Source: Lama glama
Taxonomy: Eukaryota
Reading direction: 5' to 3'
NCBI GenBank assembly: GCA_028534125.1
Contig: CM052816.1
Location: 38,752,001 to 38,816,000, forward strand
Length of the DNA stretch: 64,000 nt
Shown: piece by piece, positions 52,061-64,000 of the stretch
Layout of the letters: the number at the start of each line of letters is the position of its first letter
Position numbering within the stretch: position 1 is the stretch's first letter
Made by a program: the position numbers and the translations under genes
The notes under the pieces: generated by a model
The model's database searches: none
What the model was told of the DNA's origin: nothing
Seen by the model: only the letters and a program-made list of their open reading frames with translations

Positions 52061-54329
52061 GGTATGAGATAGAAGGCCTTCAGAAAGGGAAAAAAAAAAG
52101 GCAAATTGATAGGAGTAATTCTAATAAAGGTGTGATGAATACTACTTTGAAAATAGCAAAATACAGAGAGAAATTAAAGAACATCTAAATTAACAGCAGG
52201 AAAAATGTATAGTGTTTGTAAATATTAATATTTAAAGATGTCAGTTCTTCCTTCAACTGATCTATAGCTGTAAATCCAATTAAAATTCTAGCTATTTTTG
52301 TTTTTGCTTTTGTTTTTCTTGATGAAAATTTTTTCAATTAGGTTCTAAAATACTTATAGAAAAGCAAAGGGCCAAGTTATTCACTTTGATGTGACTGAAT
52401 TTCAATTAAAGTTTAATCAGTTAATGAAATATATAAATGACTATTAAGCAGACAATCCCCTTAATTGGGGAAGGGAGGGAGTTTACCCAAATGTTGGTGG
52501 GATTCAGGGATGTAAGAGTGGACCCCAGACAAGTGGGGAAAAAATGGAAGAGGAACATGGTGACAGAATTCAGGTGACAAGATAAACATTGCAAATTCTG
52601 TCCAGGATCAACCTTTGCCCCCTAGTGCCCTTCAAATTAAGAAGAACAAAAAACAGCTTTAATTATTTCAATATAGACACAAAGACACTTTTGACATTTT
52701 ATCATCAAGTGGCTTCTGATTTTTTACAGTATTTTTAAAAGATACCCAATTTTAAGAAGATAAATGTTCATTCATGGGACAGCATTTACCATGTCCTTCC
52801 CCTTCCCACTCCAATTTCTCCCCGGCCACTCCCTTTTCTCTCTTTCCTGTCCTCTTTCCCTTTTTCTCACTCTCCTCTTTCTACCTCTGACTTCATGAGA
52901 CAAGTCTCTAACAAAGAAATAAAATAATTCATAGGGTCAACAAAAGTGACTACCCTTTAAAACTCAAACGGATCTGACTTTGTAAGTTTAGCAGAGTTTT
53001 GCAAAATATCCAAAAAACGTTGACACACTTTATATGTCTGTCTTTCTAGATAAAATAACTAAATGCAGCTTAATAAAATGTATCTTTAATTTCTGATACC
53101 GTTACAACTGTTCAAGTGAGATAGTTAACTATATCTCATCCATTCAGATGTGAAACAAACCACAATGTTTGCATTACAAACGACACTGCATTTACAAGGC
53201 CCTGAGGATTTGTAATAGGAAAAGCTGAAAGCATCTCTATTGTGGCAAAAATGGTACAATACATAGTTAACCCAGGATTGTATTCAACATCAGAAAGTAC
53301 TGCCCTGGCAGGGATTCATGTGTGCTAAGTCTACTTCTGTTTTTTTTTTTTTAAATGTATTCCTCATTGCTGAAGAGCAACCTCTGAAATCCATTGTCTA
53401 GTCAAATCCACTAAATGAAGGGTTGAGGGACTTTAAAATTACACATATTTTCAGCTTTTCTGAGAATCTCATTCACACTACAGAACATTGTCGCTGGATG
53501 CACTAGAGAGGCTTAATTACACACTGAAGATAAAAAGATAAAGCAGGGAGACCTGTAGGTGGGATGGAAATGATTATCCATAAGTATACAGAGAGGGAGC
53601 TAGCTTGTAGCTTACATAACTAATTGCCCACACCCGGCTGGCATTTGCATGAACATTTTCTATGAAAGTCTAAATGCTTGTGAGATCTGTTGGCATAAAC
53701 AAAAGAAGCAGATGTTCCAACTTTGAAACCAAGCAAACTTGAAAGGAAAACTATACATTTAGGGATAGGCAAACCACAGAGGAAATTAGGGACAGGCCCA
53801 TCTTTCTGGAAGCTCTAGAATTTAAAATGCTACTGTGATAGTACAATTTTTTTTTTCTAAATGAAAAGGACAAGCCCCCTTTTTAATTATAAGGTTTTCA
53901 GATTCTACATTATATATAAATATGCATGAAAGGATGGAGTAGCTCAGCATTTAACTCTTTATAATAAATACAGGACTATGCAGTCAAGTATCCGAGTGGG
54001 AAAATAAACTTGGAAATGCATGGTCTTGTTTTCTTACTACCTCAGTCCTTCCTGTGCAATGCAGGATGTATACTTCCATCTGCCCCCAAGACCAGGCTCA
54101 AGCAGGGCAACTGTCTGTGTGGTACGTTACAGAGTCACCTGGAAGTATCTCCCTCCTCCAAGAAGTCCTAATGCCTCAAACTGTCACCATAATCAGTGGA
54201 CAAAGGGAAAATGTGTAAGATGAGTTCACATTGGAGGAACAAAGTAAATACCCTCCATAGAGCTAGAAGCAGTTAAATAAACTATCAAGTAGGGTCACAC
54301 TTCAGAAGTAAGTCCTCTGCAAACAAGAA

Positions 54330-55230
54330 TAATTTTCACTCTCATAACTCAATAATACAAAGATAAGTAACTCAGGTTTTAAATGAGCAAAGGATTTGGG
54401 TAGGGTAGGCATTTCTCCAAAGAAGATAAACAAATAGCCAATAAGCACATACAAGATACTCAACATCAGTAGGCATCAAGGAAAGCAAATGAAAACCACA
54501 ATGAAGTACCACTCCATATACACTAGGATGGTTATTATCAAAAGGTCAAAAATAATAAATATTGGCAAGAAAGTGGAGAAATCCAGGTAGGATTCAACGC
54601 TGATGGGAATATAAAATGGTATAGCCACACTGGAAAACAGTCTGACCATTCCACAAAAAGTTAAATAAACACAGAGTTACCACTTGACCCAGCAATTTCA
54701 CTCCTAGGTGTATACCTAAGACAAATGAAAACATATGTCCACAAAAAAATCTGTACACAAATTTTCTTAGCAGTATTTTTTTATCCAAAAAAGGGAACAT
54801 AAATAATTACCCACTGATGAATGGATAAACAAAATGTGCTATATATCCTTACAATAAAATATTTATTCAGCAAGTGAGAAGAATGTAGTGGATGAATGTG
54901 GATGAATGTTGAAAATATTTTGCTGAGTGAATGATGTTTGTCCAAACACAAAAGACTACATATCGTGTGATTTCATTTATATGAAATGTCCACAATAGGC
55001 AAATTCATGGGGCAGAAAATAGATTAGTGGTTGCCTAGAGCTCAGACAGTGGGGGAAATATAGAGTCACTGCTCTTGGTTATGAGTTTTTTTCCTGGGGT
55101 AACTAAAATTATATTGCAGTGATAGTTGCCAACTCTATGAATATACTAAAAAACATTTAATTATACACTTTAAATGGGTGAAATTATATGGTATATGAAT
55201 TTTAATTCAATAAAGATGTCAAAAAACAAA
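54330..55230 (+). mobile_element. L1 3' fragment (L1MB-like)
   Basis: catttctccaaagaagata...aaaaccacaatgaagtaccact...gacccagcaatttcactcctaggtgtatacc...gatgaatggataaacaaaatgtg...attagtggttgcctag...ttcaataaag. The 54594-54800 ORF is its antisense. Confidence 0.9.
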
Positions 55231-56439
55231 TTACTTCCATACTGGTGGATCCTTTAAGCCAAAAATTGTTGTTTAAAGGCTAAGTATACTTGGGAGAAAA
55301 GACCTGTTATTAAGCACTCATACCTTTGATTATAGTAGTTTATGACTGTTCAGTCATTCAGCATGTGCTGATCCACACAAATAGCTCAAATGTCTGTCTT
55401 TCACTTCCATCATACTCCTTAAAATTCTTTAGTTATCATGTACTTTTCCTACTCCAGATTTAATCACTTTTCCTCCGTCTTTTTCCTTCTTGACTTTTTG
55501 AACAGACTAGGATTTAGGATGCCATTGTTAGGGTTACTTTGTGGTGTCCCTATAGAACTGTTGCCATTTCTCCATCTTGAAATTCATCCTTTGCCTTCTT
55601 CATTGACCTTGCACTCTTGCTCGCATGCTTCTAGGATCTATCTGCTCCTTCTTTATGTTTCATTTGGCTCTCCATTTCTCTTCTTTCCTTAAAAGCAATT
55701 ATTCAAGATTTTGTCTTCAGTGCTCTGTATTTCTCTCCTTATACTTGTCACCTTGGTTATAAATTATGAATCCATTTCTCAGGTCAACTTCATATCATAG
55801 GTTTCAAAGATATTTTTCTATCAGCCCAGTGAGCATTTTCAGTTTTCTCTTTTGTGGTGATTTCAGTACATAAAACAAACAAACAAACACACATATACGT
55901 AGCCAAATTTTTAATACCCCTATCATGTGCCAGAGATTATAGTAGGCATGGAAATATGTAAATTAATAAATAAGAAATTTTACTTACCTATGAGATGCTT
56001 ATAGTCCATTAGGGGTAGAAAGGTAGATATGCAAATAAGTGCAATGAAGTATTTCAGATCCTATGACAACATTTTATAGCCTCCACTCATTTTCAGTTCC
56101 TGTTTCCAGAGCCCACATTGATTATGATAATAATATCTTTGCTGGGATGCTTAACTTAATCTCTCCCTATTCTAAATTGATCTTCTAAAAACCACTGGGT
56201 ATCTATTTTCTGCTCACAAACTTTTAATGGCTCTCTATTACTGAAGGATCAAATATAAATTTATCATCTTCACTTTCAAGACACTTTACACACCATCTTT
56301 CCAGCCTTATCCTCCAGGATCACTGTACCCACCCACAATCTCGCTCCAGTTGATCTGATTCACTAACTTTTGACATGTCTTAAAACTTTTTGCTTGTGCA
56401 CCTTTGCTCAGAAGATTTTCTTTCTTGTCTTGCTGATTG

Positions 56440-56830
56440 TTTGAGGTTATGCTAGTTTTGATAACAGAAATATATTAATGGCTTAACACAATAAAAGCTC
56501 ATTTGTCACTCATGCATATAGTCCAGTGTGGATGTCCTTGATTGGAAGGTGGCTTTGCCCCATGTAATGTTTCAAGATCCAGATTTATTTTTTCTTTAGT
56601 GCATCATCCCATATGGCCTTGAAGTCATCTGTATCTGGTAGGCAGATGGGAAAAGAGTGAGAAGGGTGGTCCACGGGATGTTTTTAAGGGCCAGGCCTGG
56701 AAGTGGAACACAACACTTCTACCCACATTCCAATGGCTAGCACTCAATCATATTGCCTACAAACTGCAAGAGAGTCTGAGAAAATCTGTCCAATTGTGAG
56801 CCCAGATAGAAGAGGAACTGGGCTGTGAAC
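56440..56830 (-). mobile_element. MLT1 (ERVL-MaLR) LTR remnant
   Basis: aatggcttaacacaataaaagctcatttgtcactcatg...gggccaggcctggaagtgg...cacttctacccacattccaatggctagcactca. Confidence 0.7.
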
Positions 56831-58430
56831 ACCCAGTGGTCTTTCTTACCCTGCCTTCCTCATTACTCCGCACTACGGAGAATCTGTTTATTCACCAAAG
56901 TCAGCCCAAATTCCACTTCTCTGGAAAGCATTTCTTAACCACTCCAAACGGGAGTAAGAATTCCGTTTTGTGAACTTTCAGAATATCTACTGTCTTTGTT
57001 ATTTTACACTTGTCACTTAGCTTATTGCAAAGTTACTTTCCTTTTTCAATTGTGCGTGTCTTTTCTTCTGTAGTGGAATTCTAAGCTTTTTGAAGTTATA
57101 ATTTTTAGGTCATTCATTCATTTACATTGTATTTATTGGAAGACTACTACATATAAGACATAATATTTGGTAGCAGAGGGAATACAAAAAAAATTGATAA
57201 GAAGTTGTTTCTTACCATGTTGTCATTTTGGAATTTGATTCAGAAGCATTGCCATAATCAAGTCTTTTGAGTCCTTTAAGACAATGGAGGAAATGTTTTC
57301 AAATGATCAACCATAGCATGAGAATTTAATTCATCACAAGGATGATCTTATGTAAATGAAAAGATATATCAAATATTGCTCTTCACTTAAACTTCCTACA
57401 TTAATTAACCATTGCCTAGCCAAGAGGAGAAGACCTTCCCTACTATCATAAACAAACCTAGACAAACTAGTCATTACTAAAAATATCTACCTCACCAACT
57501 GAGTCATGCTGTAAGATTAAAAGTCTTGGAGAAGGTTTATGACATTCTACATAATGACAGCGTAATATTGCTGTGTAATTACTCTGTAAGTCCATAAACA
57601 CACACCCAGCACTAAGATCTACGAAAGAGGAAACAGGCTTAAACTGATGTGGAAAAGAAAAAAATAGATTTAAACTGCTGCAGAGAGAATCTTGGTCAAA
57701 TATATGGGAAACTTTATTTTAAATGAATTAAACTTGAAATGGCTTATTACATCCTTTTTTACCCCTAGAGAATATTAGGTATGTTACAATAAATGCAGAT
57801 GCCCCAAAACCAAGGATAAAATAAATGCTTCTGGAGAGGTCCTCCCCACCTTCTGAAACCTAAATCCTAAGGCTTAAGGCTATTTTTGGTTTCCTTTCTG
57901 AGATGGCTCAGAAAGGAGCCTATATGATAAAAGTAAAAGCAGCTCTTTATTTCTTTTGTCTCTGACTACTCCAAGATCTGTTTTTGCCACAACTTCGTAA
58001 GTATTTCAATTACTTGTTCCCTCAACAATCCTGCAGAGAAGCTCTGCCCCCACCTCCCTCTTTATAGATGAAGATATTGAGGTTAAGTGATTTTCTCAGG
58101 GTTACAAAGAGACCTAGCAGCAATGTAGGAATGAGAACTAGCAGTTCAACCTTCTGGTGGATGAATAGATTGAGTTTCTGAGCAGCCTTGCTATTATGTT
58201 GCAAAGAGGCCACGCAGATGCCCAGCTGAATGTGCAAAGAAACCGCGTCCTGGAAATGAAAGGGAGGCTGCGAGGACAGCATTTTCCTTCTTATTAATGA
58301 CATTGGCAATTGTCTAAAGTTGGAAAGAAAGGCTCTTTAGAGAAAGAGCCTTTTAAAAAGAGGACAAACAGCAGGGCACTCAATTTGGGACCCCTTCTCA
58401 ATGAGACCCTTGTTGTCTGTCAACTTGCAG

Positions 58431-58541
58431 ACAGCGCCGCTGAGGAAGCCGGGCTCCAGATTGGAGATGTGGTGCTGGCAGTCAACGGCACAGAGGTCAC
58501 CAGTGTGGAGCATGCAGAAGCTGTGCACCTTGCGAGGAAAG
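58431..58541 (+). CDS. PDZPH1: PDZPH1 coding exon, C-terminal half of PDZ domain
   Basis: ttgcAG acceptor, AAG|GTAGGT donor. 111 nt, phase 1-1. (N)SAAEEAGLQIGDVVLAVNGTEVTSVEHAEAVHLARK(G), matching the canonical PDZ pattern SxAxxAGLxxGDxUxxVNG...HxEAV. Confidence 0.93.
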
Positions 58542-60609
58542 GTAGGTGGTCCAGCTACAGAGTCCAGAGATGATCTGAAGAAGCAGAGAGCTGCAGTACA
58601 GCAGGGAGTGCGAACATGAGGTGGCAGCCGCAGAATGGGTATAACTTCACATCTCTCCCGAGGCTCCCGTGTGCGCCTTGTCATCAACATGATTTTTCAT
58701 AGGAGTTAAATCACATCTCTGCCCCAAGTCACAAAAGTGAAACCAGAAAACAGCCGTAAGCAAAATGTGCTGTTTATTAACAAAGTATTTCCTTAAACTT
58801 CTTGCCATGAAAAATATCATTTTAATGATAGCCTCATTACAAGAATTCATTTACTGTGTCTCTTTTTCTCTTCTTCCTTTTCTCTCTCTGGCCTCTTCCT
58901 TCCTTCTGCGCTTCCCCCCTTCCTTTCTTTATTCTTTTCTTTCTTTCCATCAGTTTTTAGAATTAAGAGCCTCTGAGTTGTAATGTTAAAGAAGAGGCAG
59001 AAGGAAATAAAGGAACCACAAACCTCAAGCGTCTATAATTCTCTTAGGGCCACTTGAGGCCTGCCCTTAAAGCAATCGGACACAGATGGAGTCACCAAGA
59101 GAACAATAACAACACAAGCCCCGGACCCCTGTATCCACTCACATTAAACTTCGTGGAAAGGTTAATACCATCTTCCTTTCTGAAAAACAAGTTACTTTCT
59201 TTGGCACTGTGTTCCAAATCCTTATCTCCCCACAGACCAAAAAAGATACAGCTGGTAACTGCTGTGCTCCATCATGGGATTATTGGGTGAGGTGTCCTAT
59301 TCCTGGCTTCCCAAAAGCTGCCTGCATACCTCTGTGCCCCTGAGGTATAGTGTCAGGCAGTGAGGTATTAAAATGTGTGCATTCGGGATGGGCCACAAGT
59401 GCCGTAAGTATGACTTGCTGGGCAATAAATATCGCTTGCCATTTCCCATGAGGCCATCGTGCCTGGGGGTCAGCGACAGTGAGAGACTTCTCTAAGTGCA
59501 GACCAGGACAAGAAAATCACTAGCAAATGCTGTGTCCCAGTAAGCATTCTGGACCTTTTGAGGTAGAATTTAGCTTAGTGTTTGGCTGCGTGTCATGTAC
59601 CTGGTGCACCAGGAATCCAAGGACACTGTCAGCATGTACAGCAACTACTTATAAGTCCTACACTAAGATTTATCCTTGTCCAGTGCAGATTACAAATTGA
59701 GACAATATGTTAAAGTAATGATTATACGATTGAATTGGTAGTATCCCATTCAATAAGGAATATTGCCCCTTGCTATGTGGATTTAGCTGTTCCTAGGTTG
59801 TTTCTCTCAAGTTATTTTTCCAATTTTTGAGTGAAGTAAAACCTGATTTTAGTAATATTTCCACTCCTAGTACTTCTTTAATTTTTCACCAAGAAGCTTA
59901 CTGTTCTTTATAACTGAACCATTCAGCCTCACAAATCAGTTAATGGAAGGTAGAAAACATCTCTAAAACTCGAATGGATGGTTTGGGGATTTTTAAAAGA
60001 TGATGAACTAACACTGATACTGGGAGAAGAGCTAAATTTAACACCCAAGCTTGTGCTGTCCCTGGCAGTTATTTTAGATGGCTTTACCTGCTGCTATTAT
60101 CTGGGTTGCAACACTCCTTCTTTGCCAGCGTGGACTTCTTATCCCAAGACCTTGACCCTCAAGGAACCTTCCTGTATCTTTGCCAGTCCTTCTCAAACCT
60201 AACAGAGGAGATGCCTCAGAAGCAGAAAGGTGAATTATAGACCTGAGATGCTAACATAAGGACGGTAAGAGACTTTCAGGGAAGCAAGGTTGTTTGGTAC
60301 CTGTGTGTTTTTGGAGGACTGGGAACTACAGCCAACAGCAGAAGAAAGCTGAACACCTCATGTAGGGAATGGCTGAGGGACTACTGCTTATTGTTTTTCT
60401 CCCCTGTATGGCCCTGGGTGGCCAATTACCCACCCCACCCCACCCCACCCCACTGAAAGCCAGACAGTTGGCAGCCCTTGTTACGGAGTCACTGGGAAAT
60501 GTGAGGGTGGCCCTTGAACCCAGCTGGATTAGGGAGTTGATCCTTCCTTTCTCAGGCTTAATATCCTGCACATCTCTAAGACTAACTGATTATAGTACAG
60601 CTTTTAATT

Positions 60610-62960
60610 GAGAAACAATAAAAATTAAAAAGATGCAAATAAATAAAATGAGAGTAAAAAAGGAAATAATGAAAAAGGAAAAAGTTAAAGTTTTAAAAAC
60701 AATAAAATACTACCCTTTAATTCTGTATTACAATAAATTTGAAAACCAGATAAATAAGAACATTTCCTCAAAGTATTTAAAGTGTCAAAATTAGTGCAGG
60801 AATAAATAGAAAATCTGTATAGACTATAAAACAATATTTATAGAGCAAGCAAAGAGATCACCCCACCTCGCCCATTTCCACTCCCCATTCAGAAGTCCAG
60901 GACACCAGTCACTTTTATACATGAAACTTACCCAACTTTCAGAGAACAAATAATCCCTATTCTATAGAGTTTTTTCAGAAAATAGCAGAGGGAATGTTTC
61001 TCAACTCATTTTCTGAAGCTACTATATATCTTGACTTCAGAACCAGATTAGTATGAAAAACAAAATAATATGTCTATTTTATGTATGAGAGTGTAGATGC
61101 ATAAATCTTAAGAAAAAATAATAGGTACCTGAATTAAGTTGTTTATTAAATTATGCATAATGCATCATAATCAAATAGGATTTATTCGTAAATAAGGATG
61201 GCTTATAAGATAATATTTTAACACAATTCATCACATTAATGGATTAAAGGAAAAAGTCACATGACTAGACAGAAGAAAAAAATCATGTATTATACGTTTC
61301 TCTAGAAATAGAAGTTTCTTTTCATAACTTGATAAAGGCTATCTACCAAAACTCTAACCATGAAAAGAGAAGAGTATATAAAAGTATATACACAACACAG
61401 CAAAACATTTAGCAGAGAAACCTTGGACACATTTCTTTTGAGACTGAGAAGGGAAATGCCAATTTTAACAACCTATGTTTACGTAACATCAACAGTCCTG
61501 ACTTATCCAATAACACAAGAAAGACAAATAAAGATATATGGTCTGGAAGGAAAGAGACAAAACCATTATTATGTTCAGATTATATGATTATTACAAAATC
61601 AATAGACCAATGCTTAGAAATAATTAGAGAAAGACTGCTCAAACCAAGACTGCTTTATAAAAATCAGCAACATTCCCCTACACCAGCAATAACCAAAGAT
61701 ACTGACAATATCTTATTGGTTAACAATAGCAACAAAACTATAAGGTAGAAAAGAATTACTCTAACAAAGAACACACAAGAACTTCATGAAAAAATGTTTA
61801 CAACTCAACCAAAGTATGTAGAAGAAGACCTAAATTACTGGAGATATGTAGCATCTTTACAGGTAGAAAGACTTTGCAGATCTTAATTCTCCCAAAATTA
61901 ATCTAAAAATTCAATAAGTTTTCAATAAAACTCTATTTTAACCATTTGAGTAGCTTGTTAGACTTTTCCTCAAATGTATGTAGAATAAGAAATGTCTATA
62001 AATAGCTACATCATTCGTAAACAGAGCAAACAACGGCAAAGGATCTTTTCATATGGGACATTAAGGTATGTAACAAAACCACAATAACAATAAATAGAAA
62101 TGTGTTCTGTCACAGAAATAGACCAGTGGAATGGAATGAATCAGAAAGTCATAAGTACATTAAAAATTATTAAAACTTGATATATGATAAAAGTAACACC
62201 ACAAAACAATGGGAAAGAATACAGTTTCTAGTACATCATTTTTATAGAGAGCTATGATTTCGATGGATTCATATTTTCATATAGTATGCCTTATACTTTA
62301 TAACATATACCAAGGTCAGTATCAATGATTCAGATGTATTAATGACCTAAATTTTGAAGTTTAAAAATATAATGTCAATAAAATAAATTATAGGAGAATA
62401 ACTTTGTTAGTAATCAGAGAAATGCAAATGAACAACAAGATGACACTTTAGGTCCACCCAATTAGGGGGGAAAAAGGAGAAATCAGATTATAGCCAGCTT
62501 TGGTAAGGAATCCTCTTGCACTCTTGTTAGGCTGCAGGCTCTCAGAGAGCACTGGAAGCATCTGGTGAGGTACCTATAGATCCTTTGTGCTACCAATTAC
62601 ACTGCTGGGCATACAGCCCAAAGAAACTGCTGAGAGGAGATACACAGGGAGATACACCGAAGTTCACTGCAGCGTGCTGTGTGCTGGGGAGTAGTTGAGG
62701 CAGTCTGGCTGACCGTTACCAACGGGATGGATAAGTAGACCAGTAATGGACGCATACTCTGGACTTCTATGCCTTACTTTTGAAATAATATATGAGATGT
62801 ACATTTAGCCAGCACTGTGGATAGATACTTAAAAACAGAGTTTTGAGTTTTTAAAAAAAAGGATACACAGAATGAGATATTAGCAAAAACCATTTATGTA
62901 AAATAAAAAGACATAAAGAGTATACTTAGAGTCCTATATCAAACATGTTCTGTGAGTGCC
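60610..62960 (+). mobile_element. Ancient L1 (L1ME-like) ORF2/3' remnant
   Basis: A-rich decayed ORF2 text: aaatttgaaaaccagat, ctcaactcattttctgaagc, aattcatcacattaat, aaaatcagcaacattcccctacaccagcaataacc, aatcagagaaatgcaaatgaacaacaagatgacac. Confidence 0.8.
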
Positions 62961-64000
62961 TACTGTGGAGAGCAGAACGTGGGAGGAGAATCAGGAATAC
63001 AAGGAGAAAATAAAGTAAAACCAACCAACAAACAAAAACCAAAAGGGGGCTGCACTCTAAAGACAATTGTGTGCAATGACCTGAGTGTTTCAATGGGCTC
63101 AGCTGAGTTCAACAGACGAATGGCTCCTGAACGGGGATCCACCCCACAGTTTTAGCTCCATCCACACCACGTTCTAAAACTTACAGGCGGTAATGGTGAA
63201 AGAGGGCAAAAACAAAAAACTAACCAGGATTCCTGAGAGGCACTGGGTCTATAAAAATACACATGACCGTGAAACTAAAAGGGAGGAGCAAAAAGAGAAA
63301 GAAATAATAGAAATAATTTAATTTGTATGTAATGCTTGACATGTTTGATTTTGTGAGCACACCTATAAATTGGTCAAGGTATTTCTGGAATGTACAGAAT
63401 TTGAAACAAGCTTTTGGAGGTTCTCTTTTGGAGAGGAAGTCACCAGCTTGTCTGAAGAAAGCAATAATCATGCCTTTTGTTAAGTTCATATGCTATGGAG
63501 CGGTCTTGAAATACATATTTACCAAGTGTCTATTAAGAGCTTGTTTAAAAATCTACATGTTTCCACTCGACTCTTGCATCTGTTTGCATAGAAACTTCTT
63601 AGAAACTTTGGTAAAATCCTATTCTATTACTGACTGCTACATTGCTGATTTAGACATGCAAACTTCAAGTCACTTTTCTCAAAACATTAAATTTTAAATC
63701 TAACTGTATGTCAGACTCATCTTAGAAACTCTTAAATAGAGAATTCACGGTGGTAGCCTGAACATTTGTAATTTTAATCAAGTCTCCCTGGTGGTTCTTT
63801 CCCAGCCAGCCCCGCATCAGCACACAGGCCAGCGTCTTGGAGGCATGGCCAAAAGGTTACAGCTGTAAGATTAAAAGTCTGTTCTGTTAGCTTCCAGTGC
63901 AGGTGCTATCACGTCTCCCTAGACAGGCATTGGACAGGGGATTCACTCTACATTACAAGGTCAAGTTTTCAATACTTCTATTGAAATAATAATTCTATTT

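Noticed and set aside
61360..61587. 75-aa ORF with L1 ORF2-like residues
   Set aside because: Fragment of a decayed L1 element, not a host gene.

Overview
Mammalian genomic DNA, AT-rich with many introns and old repeats. It is probably from a camelid, based on a Vic-1-like tRNA-derived SINE at ~46.2 kb; I saw no Alu, B1, Bov-tA, PRE-1 or CanSINE. Two genes lie in tandem on the + strand. (1) The last four coding exons and 3' UTR of NUDT12, the NAD-cap deNADding / NADH pyrophosphatase Nudix enzyme (1449-6329, poly(A) signal near 8.3 kb). (2) The 5' part of PDZPH1 (PDZ and PH domain protein 1), which from memory is a pseudogene next to NUDT12 in human. Here it has an open spliced frame: putative start exon 22643-22673, a 2241-nt exon, two linker exons and two PDZ exons; the gene runs off the window end. 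The most interesting stretch is 20.9-22.7 kb: a compact CRX/NRL/RAX-like (rhodopsin-promoter-like) motif cluster, followed by three phase-compatible exon-like segments. These read as a stop-riddled ~188-codon N-terminal extension of PDZPH1, now apparently a 5' UTR with seven tiny uORFs. The rest is mostly MIR, L2, L1, LTR and DNA-transposon remnants. Repeat boundaries and family names were judged by eye and are approximate.
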